A stretch of DNA of 44,212 nucleotides, taken from NCBI GenBank assembly GCA_011371355.1, contig DRQR01000179.1, forward strand, positions 1-44,212, in the 5' to 3' direction. A model generated the notes under the pieces. The model searched no databases. It saw nothing but the letters and a program-made list of their open reading frames with translations, and was not told where the DNA came from. Each line of letters opens with the position of its first letter. Position 1 is the stretch's first letter. Below, piece by piece: positions 17,703 through 24,931 of the stretch. A program made the translations under genes and the position numbers. Source of the stretch: Actinomycetota bacterium. Lineage in GTDB: Bacteria > Actinomycetota > Acidimicrobiia > Spongiisociales > UBA5794.

Positions 17703-18878
17703 GTGCGCCACGAATCCGTCCGTCCCCTCGACCCCTTCGGAGCGGATCCCCCTCCCGAACCCGCCCCGTCCCCGGACCGGCCCAGGCCCGGCCTCGTCGG
17801 CCTCGTCGTCGCGGGGGCCGTGCTCGTCCTCGTCGTCGCCGGCCTCGGCGGGCGGAATGACCCGCCGGGGGCCTCCCCTCCCACCACCGAGCGTCCCGTC
17901 GGTCTCGTCGCTCCCGACGCGACCGCGCTCCCGGCCGTCCCGCCGCCGCCACCGCAGCTCGCCGAACGGGTCCCGGAGATCCTCGAGCTCCGTGCCGTCG
18001 TCGTCGGGGACGGCACGATCGACGTCGTCGACTGGCCGGGCGGCGAACCCTCCCCGACGAGGACCACCCGCGTCCCCCTCGCGACTCCCCCGATCTGGCT
18101 CCGGTTCGATCCCTACGGGTCGGGGCGGCTCGCGGTGGTCGACGCCGACGGCACCCTCCGGATGGGGCCGGAGGCCGACGTCGTGGTGGCCGAGAACGTG
18201 ACCTCGGCGGTCTGGGCCGGCGACGGGCTCCCGCCGGGGCTCGTCTACACCGTCGAGGTCGGGGACGTCACCGAGATCCGCCTCGCCACCGAGGACGGCG
18301 ACACGACGCTCACGCGGTGGCCACCGGGGACCCGGGTGGGGCATGCCGACGCCCGGGGCCTCCTCGTGTCCTTCGACGACCTCGTCGTGGCCGCCGACCT
18401 CGAAGGTCTCCCCATGGTCACGGGCCGGGGTCGGCTCCTCGCCTCGGGAAACGACGTCCATCTCGTCGAGGGCGTCGCCGGCCTCCCCGCCGACGTCGGC
18501 TACGGCGAGGTCGTCTCGATGCCCGCCGGGCTCGTCCTCGTCGACGACCGGCTCGCCCCGCTCGACCTCGGCCCGTTCCCGCTCTCGGTGGAGGTGGTCT
18601 TCGGCGAGCGATCGCCCCTCGCGGCGGTCGTCGGCGGCGACGGCACCCGCAGCTCGGTCACCGTGCGTCCGGTGGACGGGACGCCCCGGGTCCTCACCGT
18701 CGGTGCCTCGGCGCGGCCGGTCACCTTCGCCGCCGGCGACCGCTTCCTCGTCCTCGAAGGAGGGGGACTCGTCGTCGCCGAGTGGTCGCGAGGCCGGAGC
18801 TGGTACCTGCCCCAGGAGCTCGACGGAGTCGTCGACGTCGAGATCGTCACGAGGACCGAGCCGCCCCTCGACCGCTGA
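17703..18878 (+). CDS. hypothetical membrane-anchored protein with a Pro-rich linker and a beta-rich (propeller-like?) ectodomain
   Basis: 391 aa. It has one N-terminal TM helix (GLVGLVVAGAVLVLVVAGLGG), then PPTTERP...PPPPPQ, then repetitive beta-strand-like segments. TACCAT (17690-17695) lies 7 nt upstream of the GTG. The competing frames are Arg/Pro junk. Confidence 0.55.
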   Translation: MRHESVRPLDPFGADPPPEPAPSPDRPRPGLVGLVVAGAVLVLVVAGLGGRNDPPGASPPTTERPVGLVAPDATALPAVPPPPPQLAERVPEILELRAVVVGDGTIDVVDWPGGEPSPTRTTRVPLATPPIWLRFDPYGSGRLAVVDADGTLRMGPEADVVVAENVTSAVWAGDGLPPGLVYTVEVGDVTEIRLATEDGDTTLTRWPPGTRVGHADARGLLVSFDDLVVAADLEGLPMVTGRGRLLASGNDVHLVEGVAGLPADVGYGEVVSMPAGLVLVDDRLAPLDLGPFPLSVEVVFGERSPLAAVVGGDGTRSSVTVRPVDGTPRVLTVGASARPVTFAAGDRFLVLEGGGLVVAEWSRGRSWYLPQELDGVVDVEIVTRTEPPLDR

Positions 18879-18919
18879 GGTCCCCGGTCGGGGAGGACGC
18901 CGGCGGGTACCCTACCGGC

Positions 18920-19672
18920 ATGCGCACCACGCTGCGGAACGTGCTCCGGTCGGCCCTCCTCATCCCCGGGTTCTTCCTCCTGACGATCTCCCTCGCCGGG
19001 GTCGTGCTCGTCCTCGCCCACCGGGACCCCGACGATGCCCGGATCGAGCGCATCCTCCAGTGGTGGTCCGACCGCTTCCTCCGCCTGCCCCCGGTGGACT
19101 ACGAGCTCCACGGCGTCGACCGCATCGACCCGACCCGTCGCTACGTCTTCGTGTCGAACCACCTGTCGAACTTCGACATCCCCCTCCTGTTGCGTGGCAT
19201 CCCGGTCCGGATCCGGTTCCTCGCCAAGGCCGAGCTCTACCGCATCCCGCTCTTCGGACGGGCCATGGACCGGGTGGGGGTGGTGAAGATCGACCGGACC
19301 CGCGCGACGAGCGCCCACCAGGCGATCAACCGGGCCGCTCGCGAGGTGCTCGGCCGCGGCTATTCCCTCATCGTCTTCCCCGAGGGAACCCGGAGCCGCA
19401 GCGGCGACATGCTGCCCTTCAAGAAGGGGGCGTTCCGGATCGCGATCGACAACGAGGTCCCCATCGTCCCCGTCGTCCTCTGCGGCACCCACGACGTCTA
19501 CCCGCCCGGTGCCTGGACCTTCCGTCCGGGCCGTGCCTCGCTGACGATCCTCGAGCCCGTCGAGACCGTCGGCATGGACGTCGACGACCTCGAACCCCTC
19601 CTCGAGAAGGTGCGCGCCGAGATGGTCGCCCACTACGAGGAGCAACGGACGCGGGGCTGCGTTCAGTCGTAG
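18920..19672 (+). CDS. plsC: 1-acyl-sn-glycerol-3-phosphate acyltransferase
   Basis: ATG at 18920 lies inside the ORF 18317..19672; 250 aa. The N-terminus has a TM helix, and the motifs NHLSNFD (HX4D) and FPEGTRS are present. Confidence 0.85.
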   Translation: MRTTLRNVLRSALLIPGFFLLTISLAGVVLVLAHRDPDDARIERILQWWSDRFLRLPPVDYELHGVDRIDPTRRYVFVSNHLSNFDIPLLLRGIPVRIRFLAKAELYRIPLFGRAMDRVGVVKIDRTRATSAHQAINRAAREVLGRGYSLIVFPEGTRSRSGDMLPFKKGAFRIAIDNEVPIVPVVLCGTHDVYPPGAWTFRPGRASLTILEPVETVGMDVDDLEPLLEKVRAEMVAHYEEQRTRGCVQS

Positions 19673-21129
19673 AGCCCGAGGAGGAACCAGCGACCCTCCT
19701 CGACCTTGCACAGGAGCGCTCCCACCGAGGTGACGAGCTGGTAGCGATCCGACGTGGGCTCGCCGTCCCACCATCGCCCCACTCGCCGCCAGGGACCCGC
19801 CCAGGCGTGGACGGGCTCCCAACGACTCCCGAGCCGGACCCGCGTCGGGATCCCGGCGTCCCACTCCACCTCGAGGGGAACGGCCGTGCTCGGTACGAGC
19901 GCCGGTGGTGGATCCGGGATCCTCCCCGGCCACGGCGCGTCGAGGTCGCGGCGAGGGCGAGGGGGCGGCTCGCCCCATCGGTGCCATCGCACGCGCTCGT
20001 GGGGGTCGCGGCCACCGTCGGGCAGGGCCTGGAGGAGACGGTCGGGTCCGACGATCGTCTGCACCGCGCCGAGGGCTCGACGCTCGTCCCCTCTCGTTCC
20101 CTCGAAGAGGTCGAGCTGCCGACCGGCGTCGGAGAGCTCGTCGGGACGCAACCCGAGGGCGACGATGCCGCCCCGCACGCCCCGCCCCCCACCTTCGATC
20201 CATGCTCGGAGCTGCCAACGGAGCCGCTCGGTGAGCACCGCGACGTCGAAGGGGTCGAGGCTCCGCCAGGTCCGGCGCCGCACGGAACCGTCCCCGGCCT
20301 CGATCTCGATCTCGACGACGTGGGGAGCGACGCCCTCGGCGGCGAGACGATCGAGGAGCCGACTCGCCGCGGCTCGACCGGCGAAGGCCGCCCGCTCGGC
20401 GTCGTCGAGGGGAGGATCGAATCGGACGACGACCGCCCGATCCTCGGGGAGAGGGCGAGGCACCACCTTCGGCGTCGCGCCCGAGGCGAGGCGATGCGCC
20501 TCGAGCCCCTCCCGACCGAACCGGGCGACGATCGCGTCCCTCGGCAGGGCTGCGAGGGCCCCGAGGGTCGTCACCCCGAGCCACCGGAAGGTGTCCGCGA
20601 GCGCGTCGACCCCGATGACGCCGACGTCGAGGGAAGCGAGGAACGCCGCGTCGTCCTCGACGACGAAGGGCACCCCGGGCTCGGCGCGTTCGGCCGCCCG
20701 ACGTGCGCAGAAGGCTCCCGAGGCCACACCGAGGAGCGCTCCCGGCCCGGCGACCCGCTCGAGCTCCTCGTCGAGGCGTTCGAGGAGACGGGCCTCTCCC
20801 CCGTGATAGCCGACCGCCCCTCCGATGGGCACGAGCGCGGTACCCGGACCGACCACCTCGACTCGAGGGACGAGCTCCTCGATCGCGGCGACGACCGGCT
20901 CGAAGAGGATCGCCTCCCGTCCCGGATCCCGGACGAGCGTCACCACCGTCGGATCGCGCAGCTCGGCTTCGGCGCGACGCATCCCCGGGACGATCCCCGA
21001 CGCCCGAGCCGGGGCGTTCGCCGCGACGACGATCCCACCGTCGTCGATCACCTGGGTGGGTTCATCCCGCGGCGCGTCCGGTCGCCGCAGCGGCCACTCC
21101 GGATACCACACGCAGACCGTTCGCTCCAT
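19663..21129 (-). CDS. imuB: ImuB, Y-family-polymerase-like protein of the SOS mutasome
   Basis: ATG at 21129; 488 aa. MERTVCVWYPEWPL... is the typical ImuB N-terminus, followed by GMRRAEAE. It lies downstream of imuA' and behind a LexA box. Confidence 0.85.
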   Translation of the reverse strand: MERTVCVWYPEWPLRRPDAPRDEPTQVIDDGGIVVAANAPARASGIVPGMRRAEAELRDPTVVTLVRDPGREAILFEPVVAAIEELVPRVEVVGPGTALVPIGGAVGYHGGEARLLERLDEELERVAGPGALLGVASGAFCARRAAERAEPGVPFVVEDDAAFLASLDVGVIGVDALADTFRWLGVTTLGALAALPRDAIVARFGREGLEAHRLASGATPKVVPRPLPEDRAVVVRFDPPLDDAERAAFAGRAAASRLLDRLAAEGVAPHVVEIEIEAGDGSVRRRTWRSLDPFDVAVLTERLRWQLRAWIEGGGRGVRGGIVALGLRPDELSDAGRQLDLFEGTRGDERRALGAVQTIVGPDRLLQALPDGGRDPHERVRWHRWGEPPPRPRRDLDAPWPGRIPDPPPALVPSTAVPLEVEWDAGIPTRVRLGSRWEPVHAWAGPWRRVGRWWDGEPTSDRYQLVTSVGALLCKVEEGRWFLLGLYD

Positions 21130-21685
21130 CGTCCTCCAGCTCCAAGGTCCTCGCCGTCCCGCCCATCGCCTTCCCCCGGGCCCGGACCGTCGTTCGGCGT
21201 CGCCGCAGCCGGCCGTATCCCCGACCGACTCCCTCCCAGACGACGTCCACGGCCTCGATCGTGAGGGTCGCCACCCCCGACGGCAGGGCGGAGGTCGACC
21301 GGAACAGCGCCCGCGACCGACGCGCCCTGATCCGTGCCGCGAGCCGCCGGAGTGCCGTCGGATCCAGGCGCGTCGGCAGCTCGACGTAGACCTGCCCGAT
21401 GCCGTCGACGAGGGCGGCGACCACCCGCGGCACCTCCTCGGCTCCGAGGCGTCGAACGACGACGAGGCGTTCGGGGGCGATCCCCGCCCTCCACGCCGTC
21501 TCGGGCGAGAACCAACCCCGCCCGTCGACGACGACGACCGTCCCCGACGAGGATTCGGCGAGCAGGGAGATCCCCAGGGCGGTGAGGCCCGACCCATGGG
21601 GACCGACGAGGGCCGCGACGCCACCCGGGGGGATCCTCAGGATCTCCCCGACCGTCGGCGCCCCCTGCTCCGCCCACTCCCGCAT
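21062..21685 (-). CDS. imuA': ImuA' (RecA-fold-like SOS mutagenesis protein)
   Basis: ATG at 21685 with GGAGGCGGAGG upstream; 207 aa. It contains GGVAALVGPHGSGLTALGISLLAE...VVVVDGRGWFSPETAWRAGIAPERLVVVR. It overlaps the imuB start by 68 nt. Confidence 0.8.
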   Translation of the reverse strand: MREWAEQGAPTVGEILRIPPGGVAALVGPHGSGLTALGISLLAESSSGTVVVVDGRGWFSPETAWRAGIAPERLVVVRRLGAEEVPRVVAALVDGIGQVYVELPTRLDPTALRRLAARIRARRSRALFRSTSALPSGVATLTIEAVDVVWEGVGRGYGRLRRRRTTVRARGKAMGGTARTLELEDDGANGLRVVSGVAAAATGRAAG

Positions 21686-21709
21686 CGAACCTCCGCCTCC
21701 GGGCCGGCC

Positions 21710-21739
21710 ATCGTATCGAACATGTGTTCGATCCGTCAA
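21710..21739 (-). promoter_or_regulatory. putative imuA'B SOS promoter: -35 TTGACG (21739-21734), 18-nt spacer, -10 TACGAT (21715-21710)
   Basis: The minus strand reads TTGACG-gatcgaacacatgttcga-TACGAT. The spacer is essentially the LexA box. A leader of roughly 17 nt carries GGAGG. Confidence 0.55.
21716..21731. promoter_or_regulatory. LexA (SOS) box TCGAACATGTGTTCGA
   Basis: This is identical to the box at 6227-6242, in the same plus-strand orientation. It lies 31 nt upstream of the imuA' ATG. Confidence 0.85.
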
Positions 21740-21807
21740 GGCGGCGCGGCCTCCTCGTCGACCGGGTACGCTGGATACGAGCGAATCCGACCGAAAGGAG
21801 CTCATCC

Positions 21808-22014
21808 GTGTCCGTCGCCAAGGTGATCGAGATCACGTCCACCTCGCCCGGCAGCTTCGAAGACGCGATCCGCAAGGGCATCGCCCGTGCCCAGAAGACC
21901 ATCGACAACATTCGAGGCGCCTGGATCTCCGAGCAGAAGGTCGAGCTCGCCGAAGACGGCACGATCAAGCACTTCCGAGTCGACATGAAGCTCACCTTCC
22001 TCCTCGAGGAGTGA
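21808..22014 (+). CDS. dodecin family flavin-binding protein
   Basis: GTG at 21808 sits 7 nt after AAAGGAG; 68 aa. VAKVIEITSTSPGSFEDAIRKGIARAQKTIDNIRGAWISEQKV matches the dodecin pattern. Confidence 0.8.
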   Translation: MSVAKVIEITSTSPGSFEDAIRKGIARAQKTIDNIRGAWISEQKVELAEDGTIKHFRVDMKLTFLLEE

Positions 22015-22020
22015 GCTCGC

Positions 22021-22062
22021 GACGCGTCGAGGCCCCCACGACGACGGGGGGCCTCGACGCGT
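22021..22062. terminator. bidirectional GC-rich hairpin between convergent dodecin and pnp
   Basis: GACGCGTCGAGGCCCCC-acgacgac-GGGGGCCTCGACGCGT forms a 16-bp perfect stem with an 8-nt loop. It lies 7 nt after the dodecin stop and 10 nt after the pnp stop. There is no clear U-tract. Confidence 0.6.
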
Positions 22063-22071
22063 TCCGTTCGC

Positions 22072-24432
22072 TCAGGTGAGGCCGGACTCGAACTCGTCCT
22101 CGAAGGAGACGACCCTCCGACCCGGCTTCGCCGCCGGAGCCTCACCGGGACCGCTGCGACGTCCCTCGGAGCGCGCTCGGCCCCGCTGGCGGTCGCGGTC
22201 CCGACCTCGTCCCCGTCGTTCGGGCCGATCGCCGCGATCGGGCGACGCCTTCGGTGCCGCGGGGGCTTCCTCGCCCGAGGCCGCCTCGTCGCCGCCGACG
22301 AGGTCGAGGCTCACCTTGCCCCGCTCGTCGATCTCCCGGACCACGACCTGGACCTTGTCGCCGAGGGCGAGGACGTCTTCGACCTTGTCGATCCGCTTCC
22401 CACCCCCGATCTTCGAGATGTGGAGGAGGCCGTCCCGTCCCGGGAGGATGTTCACGAAGGCCCCGAACTTCGTGATGTTCACGACCTCGCCTTCGTAGGT
22501 CTCTCCCACCTTCGCCTCCGGCGGGAACCCGATGGCGAGGATCCGCTCCTTGGCGAGCTCGAGGGCGGTGGTGTCGGGGGCACCGATGCGAATCGTCCCG
22601 TCGTCTTCGATCTCGATCGTGGCGCCGGTCTCCTCCTCGAGCTCCCTGATCGTCTTCCCCTTCGGGCCGATGACCTCACCGATCTTGTCCTTGGGGACCA
22701 CGACGGCCTCGATCTTCGGAGCCGTCGGCGCGAGCTCGGGTCGGGGTTCGGCGATGACCTCGGCCATCTTGTCGAGGATGAAGAGCCGGGCCTCCCTGGC
22801 GCGCCGCATGGCGTCGATGAGCACCGAGGCGGGAAGGCCCTCGATCTTCGTGTCGAGCTGGAGCGCGGTGATCATCTCCCTCGTGCCCGCCACCTTGAAG
22901 TCCATGTCCCCGAGGGCGTCCTCGGCGCCGAGGATGTCGGTGAGGGTGACGTACTCCCCGTCGTGGGCGATGAGCCCCATGGCGATACCGGCCACGGGGG
23001 CGGCGATCGGCACCCCGGCGTCCATGAGCGACAGGGTCGATCCGCAGACCGAGGCCATCGACGACGAACCGTTCGACATGAGGACCTCGGAGACGAGCCG
23101 GAAGGCGTAGGGGAACTCCTCCTCCTCGGGGATCACCGGGAGGAGGGCCTTCTCGGCGAGGGCGCCGTGACCGATCTCCCGCCGCTTCGGGCCCCGCATG
23201 AAGCCCGTCTCGCCGGTGGCGAAGGGCGGGAAGTTGTAGTGGTGCATGTACCGCTTCGTCTCCTCGATGGAGATCGTGTCGAGCATCTGCTCCATGCGGA
23301 GCATGCCGAGGGTGGCGACGTTGAGCACCTGCGTCTCGCCCCGCTCGAAGAGGGCCGAGCCGTGGGCCTCGGGGACGAGGCCCACCTCGATGGAGATCGG
23401 GCGGATCTCGTCGAGGCGGCGGCCGTCCATCCGGATCCCCTCCCGGACGACGCGCTCGCGCATCACCGCCTTCTGGACGGCCCGGAACGCCTTCGCCGCC
23501 TGCCGCTGGGCGACGACGTCGTCCTCGGGGAGCTCGAGCGCGGCGACGACCTCCTCGAAGATCCCTTCTTCGCGCTCGAGGCGTTGCCGCTTGTCGGTGA
23601 CGATCCCCATCTCGACGAGTTTCGGCCGGGCGAGCTCGGCGACCCGCTCGTAGAGGTCGGCCGGGTAGTCCTCGACGAGGGGCCAGTCGACCGGTTCCGG
23701 CTCGCCGTGGCGTTCCCGGAGCTCGAGCTGGAGATCGATGAGCCGCGCGATGTAGGTCTTGGCCTCCTCGAGGCCGGCGGCGACGGTCTCCTCGTCGGAG
23801 GGCGGCTGGCCCGCCTGGACGAGGCGGTAGCCGTTCTCGGTGGCCCCGGCTTCGACCATCGCGATGTCGATCCCGCCCTGGGGGTTCCGCTTGCCGGCCA
23901 CGACGATCTCGAAGACGGAGTCCTCGAGCTGCTCGTAGGTCGGGAAGGGGATCCACTCCCCGTGGGAGAGGGCGAGCCGGACGGCGCCGAGGGGTCCTTC
24001 GAAGGGGATCGGGGACACGGTGAGGGCGGCGGAGGCGGCGTTGAGGGCCGGCACGTCGTAGGGGTTGACGAGATCGGCCGAGATCACCGTCGCCACGACG
24101 TGGGTCTCACAGCGGAAACCCTCTCGGAAGTTGGGCCGCAGCGGCCGGTCGATGAGCCGGGCGGTGAGGATCGCCTTCTCGGTGGCGCGGCCCTCCCGCC
24201 GGAAGAAGGAGCCGGGGATCCGGCCGACGGCGTACATCCGTTCCTCGACGTCGACGGTGAGGGGGAAGAAGTCGATCCCCTCACGCAGATGCCGGGCGGA
24301 GGTCGCCGTGACGAGGACCTCGGTGTCGCCGACGCGGGCGAGAACCGCCCCGTCGGCCAGTCGGGCGAGCTTGCCGGTCTCGAAGGAGACCTCGGCCTCG
24401 CCGATGCGGGTGCGAACGGTGGTCACTGCCAC
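22072..24432 (-). CDS. pnp: polyribonucleotide nucleotidyltransferase (PNPase) with an Arg-rich C-terminal tail
   Basis: GTG at 24432 sits 8 nt after AAGGAG; 786 aa. Two RNase PH domains (GETGFMRGPKRREIGHGALAE; GSSSMASVCGSTLSLMDAGVPI) plus KH and S1 domains are present. Confidence 0.9.
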   Translation of the reverse strand: MAVTTVRTRIGEAEVSFETGKLARLADGAVLARVGDTEVLVTATSARHLREGIDFFPLTVDVEERMYAVGRIPGSFFRREGRATEKAILTARLIDRPLRPNFREGFRCETHVVATVISADLVNPYDVPALNAASAALTVSPIPFEGPLGAVRLALSHGEWIPFPTYEQLEDSVFEIVVAGKRNPQGGIDIAMVEAGATENGYRLVQAGQPPSDEETVAAGLEEAKTYIARLIDLQLELRERHGEPEPVDWPLVEDYPADLYERVAELARPKLVEMGIVTDKRQRLEREEGIFEEVVAALELPEDDVVAQRQAAKAFRAVQKAVMRERVVREGIRMDGRRLDEIRPISIEVGLVPEAHGSALFERGETQVLNVATLGMLRMEQMLDTISIEETKRYMHHYNFPPFATGETGFMRGPKRREIGHGALAEKALLPVIPEEEEFPYAFRLVSEVLMSNGSSSMASVCGSTLSLMDAGVPIAAPVAGIAMGLIAHDGEYVTLTDILGAEDALGDMDFKVAGTREMITALQLDTKIEGLPASVLIDAMRRAREARLFILDKMAEVIAEPRPELAPTAPKIEAVVVPKDKIGEVIGPKGKTIRELEEETGATIEIEDDGTIRIGAPDTTALELAKERILAIGFPPEAKVGETYEGEVVNITKFGAFVNILPGRDGLLHISKIGGGKRIDKVEDVLALGDKVQVVVREIDERGKVSLDLVGGDEAASGEEAPAAPKASPDRGDRPERRGRGRDRDRQRGRARSEGRRSGPGEAPAAKPGRRVVSFEDEFESGLT

Positions 24433-24468
24433 GCGACACGCTCCTTTCCTGGGTCGAGGAGGCGGGTC

Positions 24469-24523
24469 CCAATTGGCAGTGGTCGCCCGTCGAGGAGCCC
24501 GACGACCGGCCACTGACAACTGG
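24469..24523 (-). promoter_or_regulatory. long imperfect hairpin in the rpsO-pnp intergenic leader (candidate RNase III / autoregulatory site)
   Basis: On the minus strand, CCAGTTGTCAGTGGCCGGTCGTCGGG-ctcc-TCGACGGGCGACCACTGCCAATTGG forms roughly 22 pairs with a few mismatches. It lies 36 nt upstream of the pnp GTG. Confidence 0.4.
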
Positions 24524-24566
24524 TGCCCCGTCCTCCGTTGTTCGTGTGATCGAGTGCCCGACGAGG

Positions 24567-24590
24567 AAGAGGCGGCCGGAGCCGCCCCTT
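24567..24590 (-). terminator. rpsO terminator/attenuator hairpin
   Basis: On the minus strand, AAGGGGCGGC-tccg-GCCGCCTCTT is followed by the pyrimidine run CCTC. It lies 8 nt after the rpsO stop. Confidence 0.5.
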
Positions 24591-24597
24591 CGATGCG

Positions 24598-24855
24598 TCA
24601 ACGACGCAGCCCGAGCTTCGCGATCAGGGCTCGGTACCGCTCCACGTCTTGTTCGCGGAGGTACCGGAGGAGCCGCCTGCGCTTCCCGACCATCATGAGG
24701 AGTCCGCGGCGGCTGTGGTGGTCCTTCTTGTGGACCTTCAGGTGCTCGGTGAGGTGGTTGATCCGCTCGGTCAAGAGCGCGATCTGGACCTCGGGCGAAC
24801 CCGTATCGTTGGCGTGGCTGCCGAACTCTTCGATGATCGTCTGGGTGTCCTTCAC
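24598..24855 (-). CDS. rpsO: 30S ribosomal protein S15
   Basis: GTG at 24855 sits 8 nt after GAAGGAAG; 85 aa. It contains ...[50 protein letters not shown]. Confidence 0.9.
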   Translation of the reverse strand: MKDTQTIIEEFGSHANDTGSPEVQIALLTERINHLTEHLKVHKKDHHSRRGLLMMVGKRRRLLRYLREQDVERYRALIAKLGLRR

Positions 24856-24931
24856 GGAGGGTCTTCCTTCGCGATTGGGTGCGCGGGCGAACGCCCGGAG
24901 CCAGGTTAGCACCTCGCAGGGGGGAACCGCA

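Noticed and set aside
21724-21807. Longer 96-aa version of the dodecin ORF starting at ATG 21724
   Set aside because: That start lies inside the LexA box and the imuA' promoter, and the extra 28 residues are Arg-rich. The GTG at 21808 has an AAAGGAG site and yields the canonical ~68-aa dodecin.
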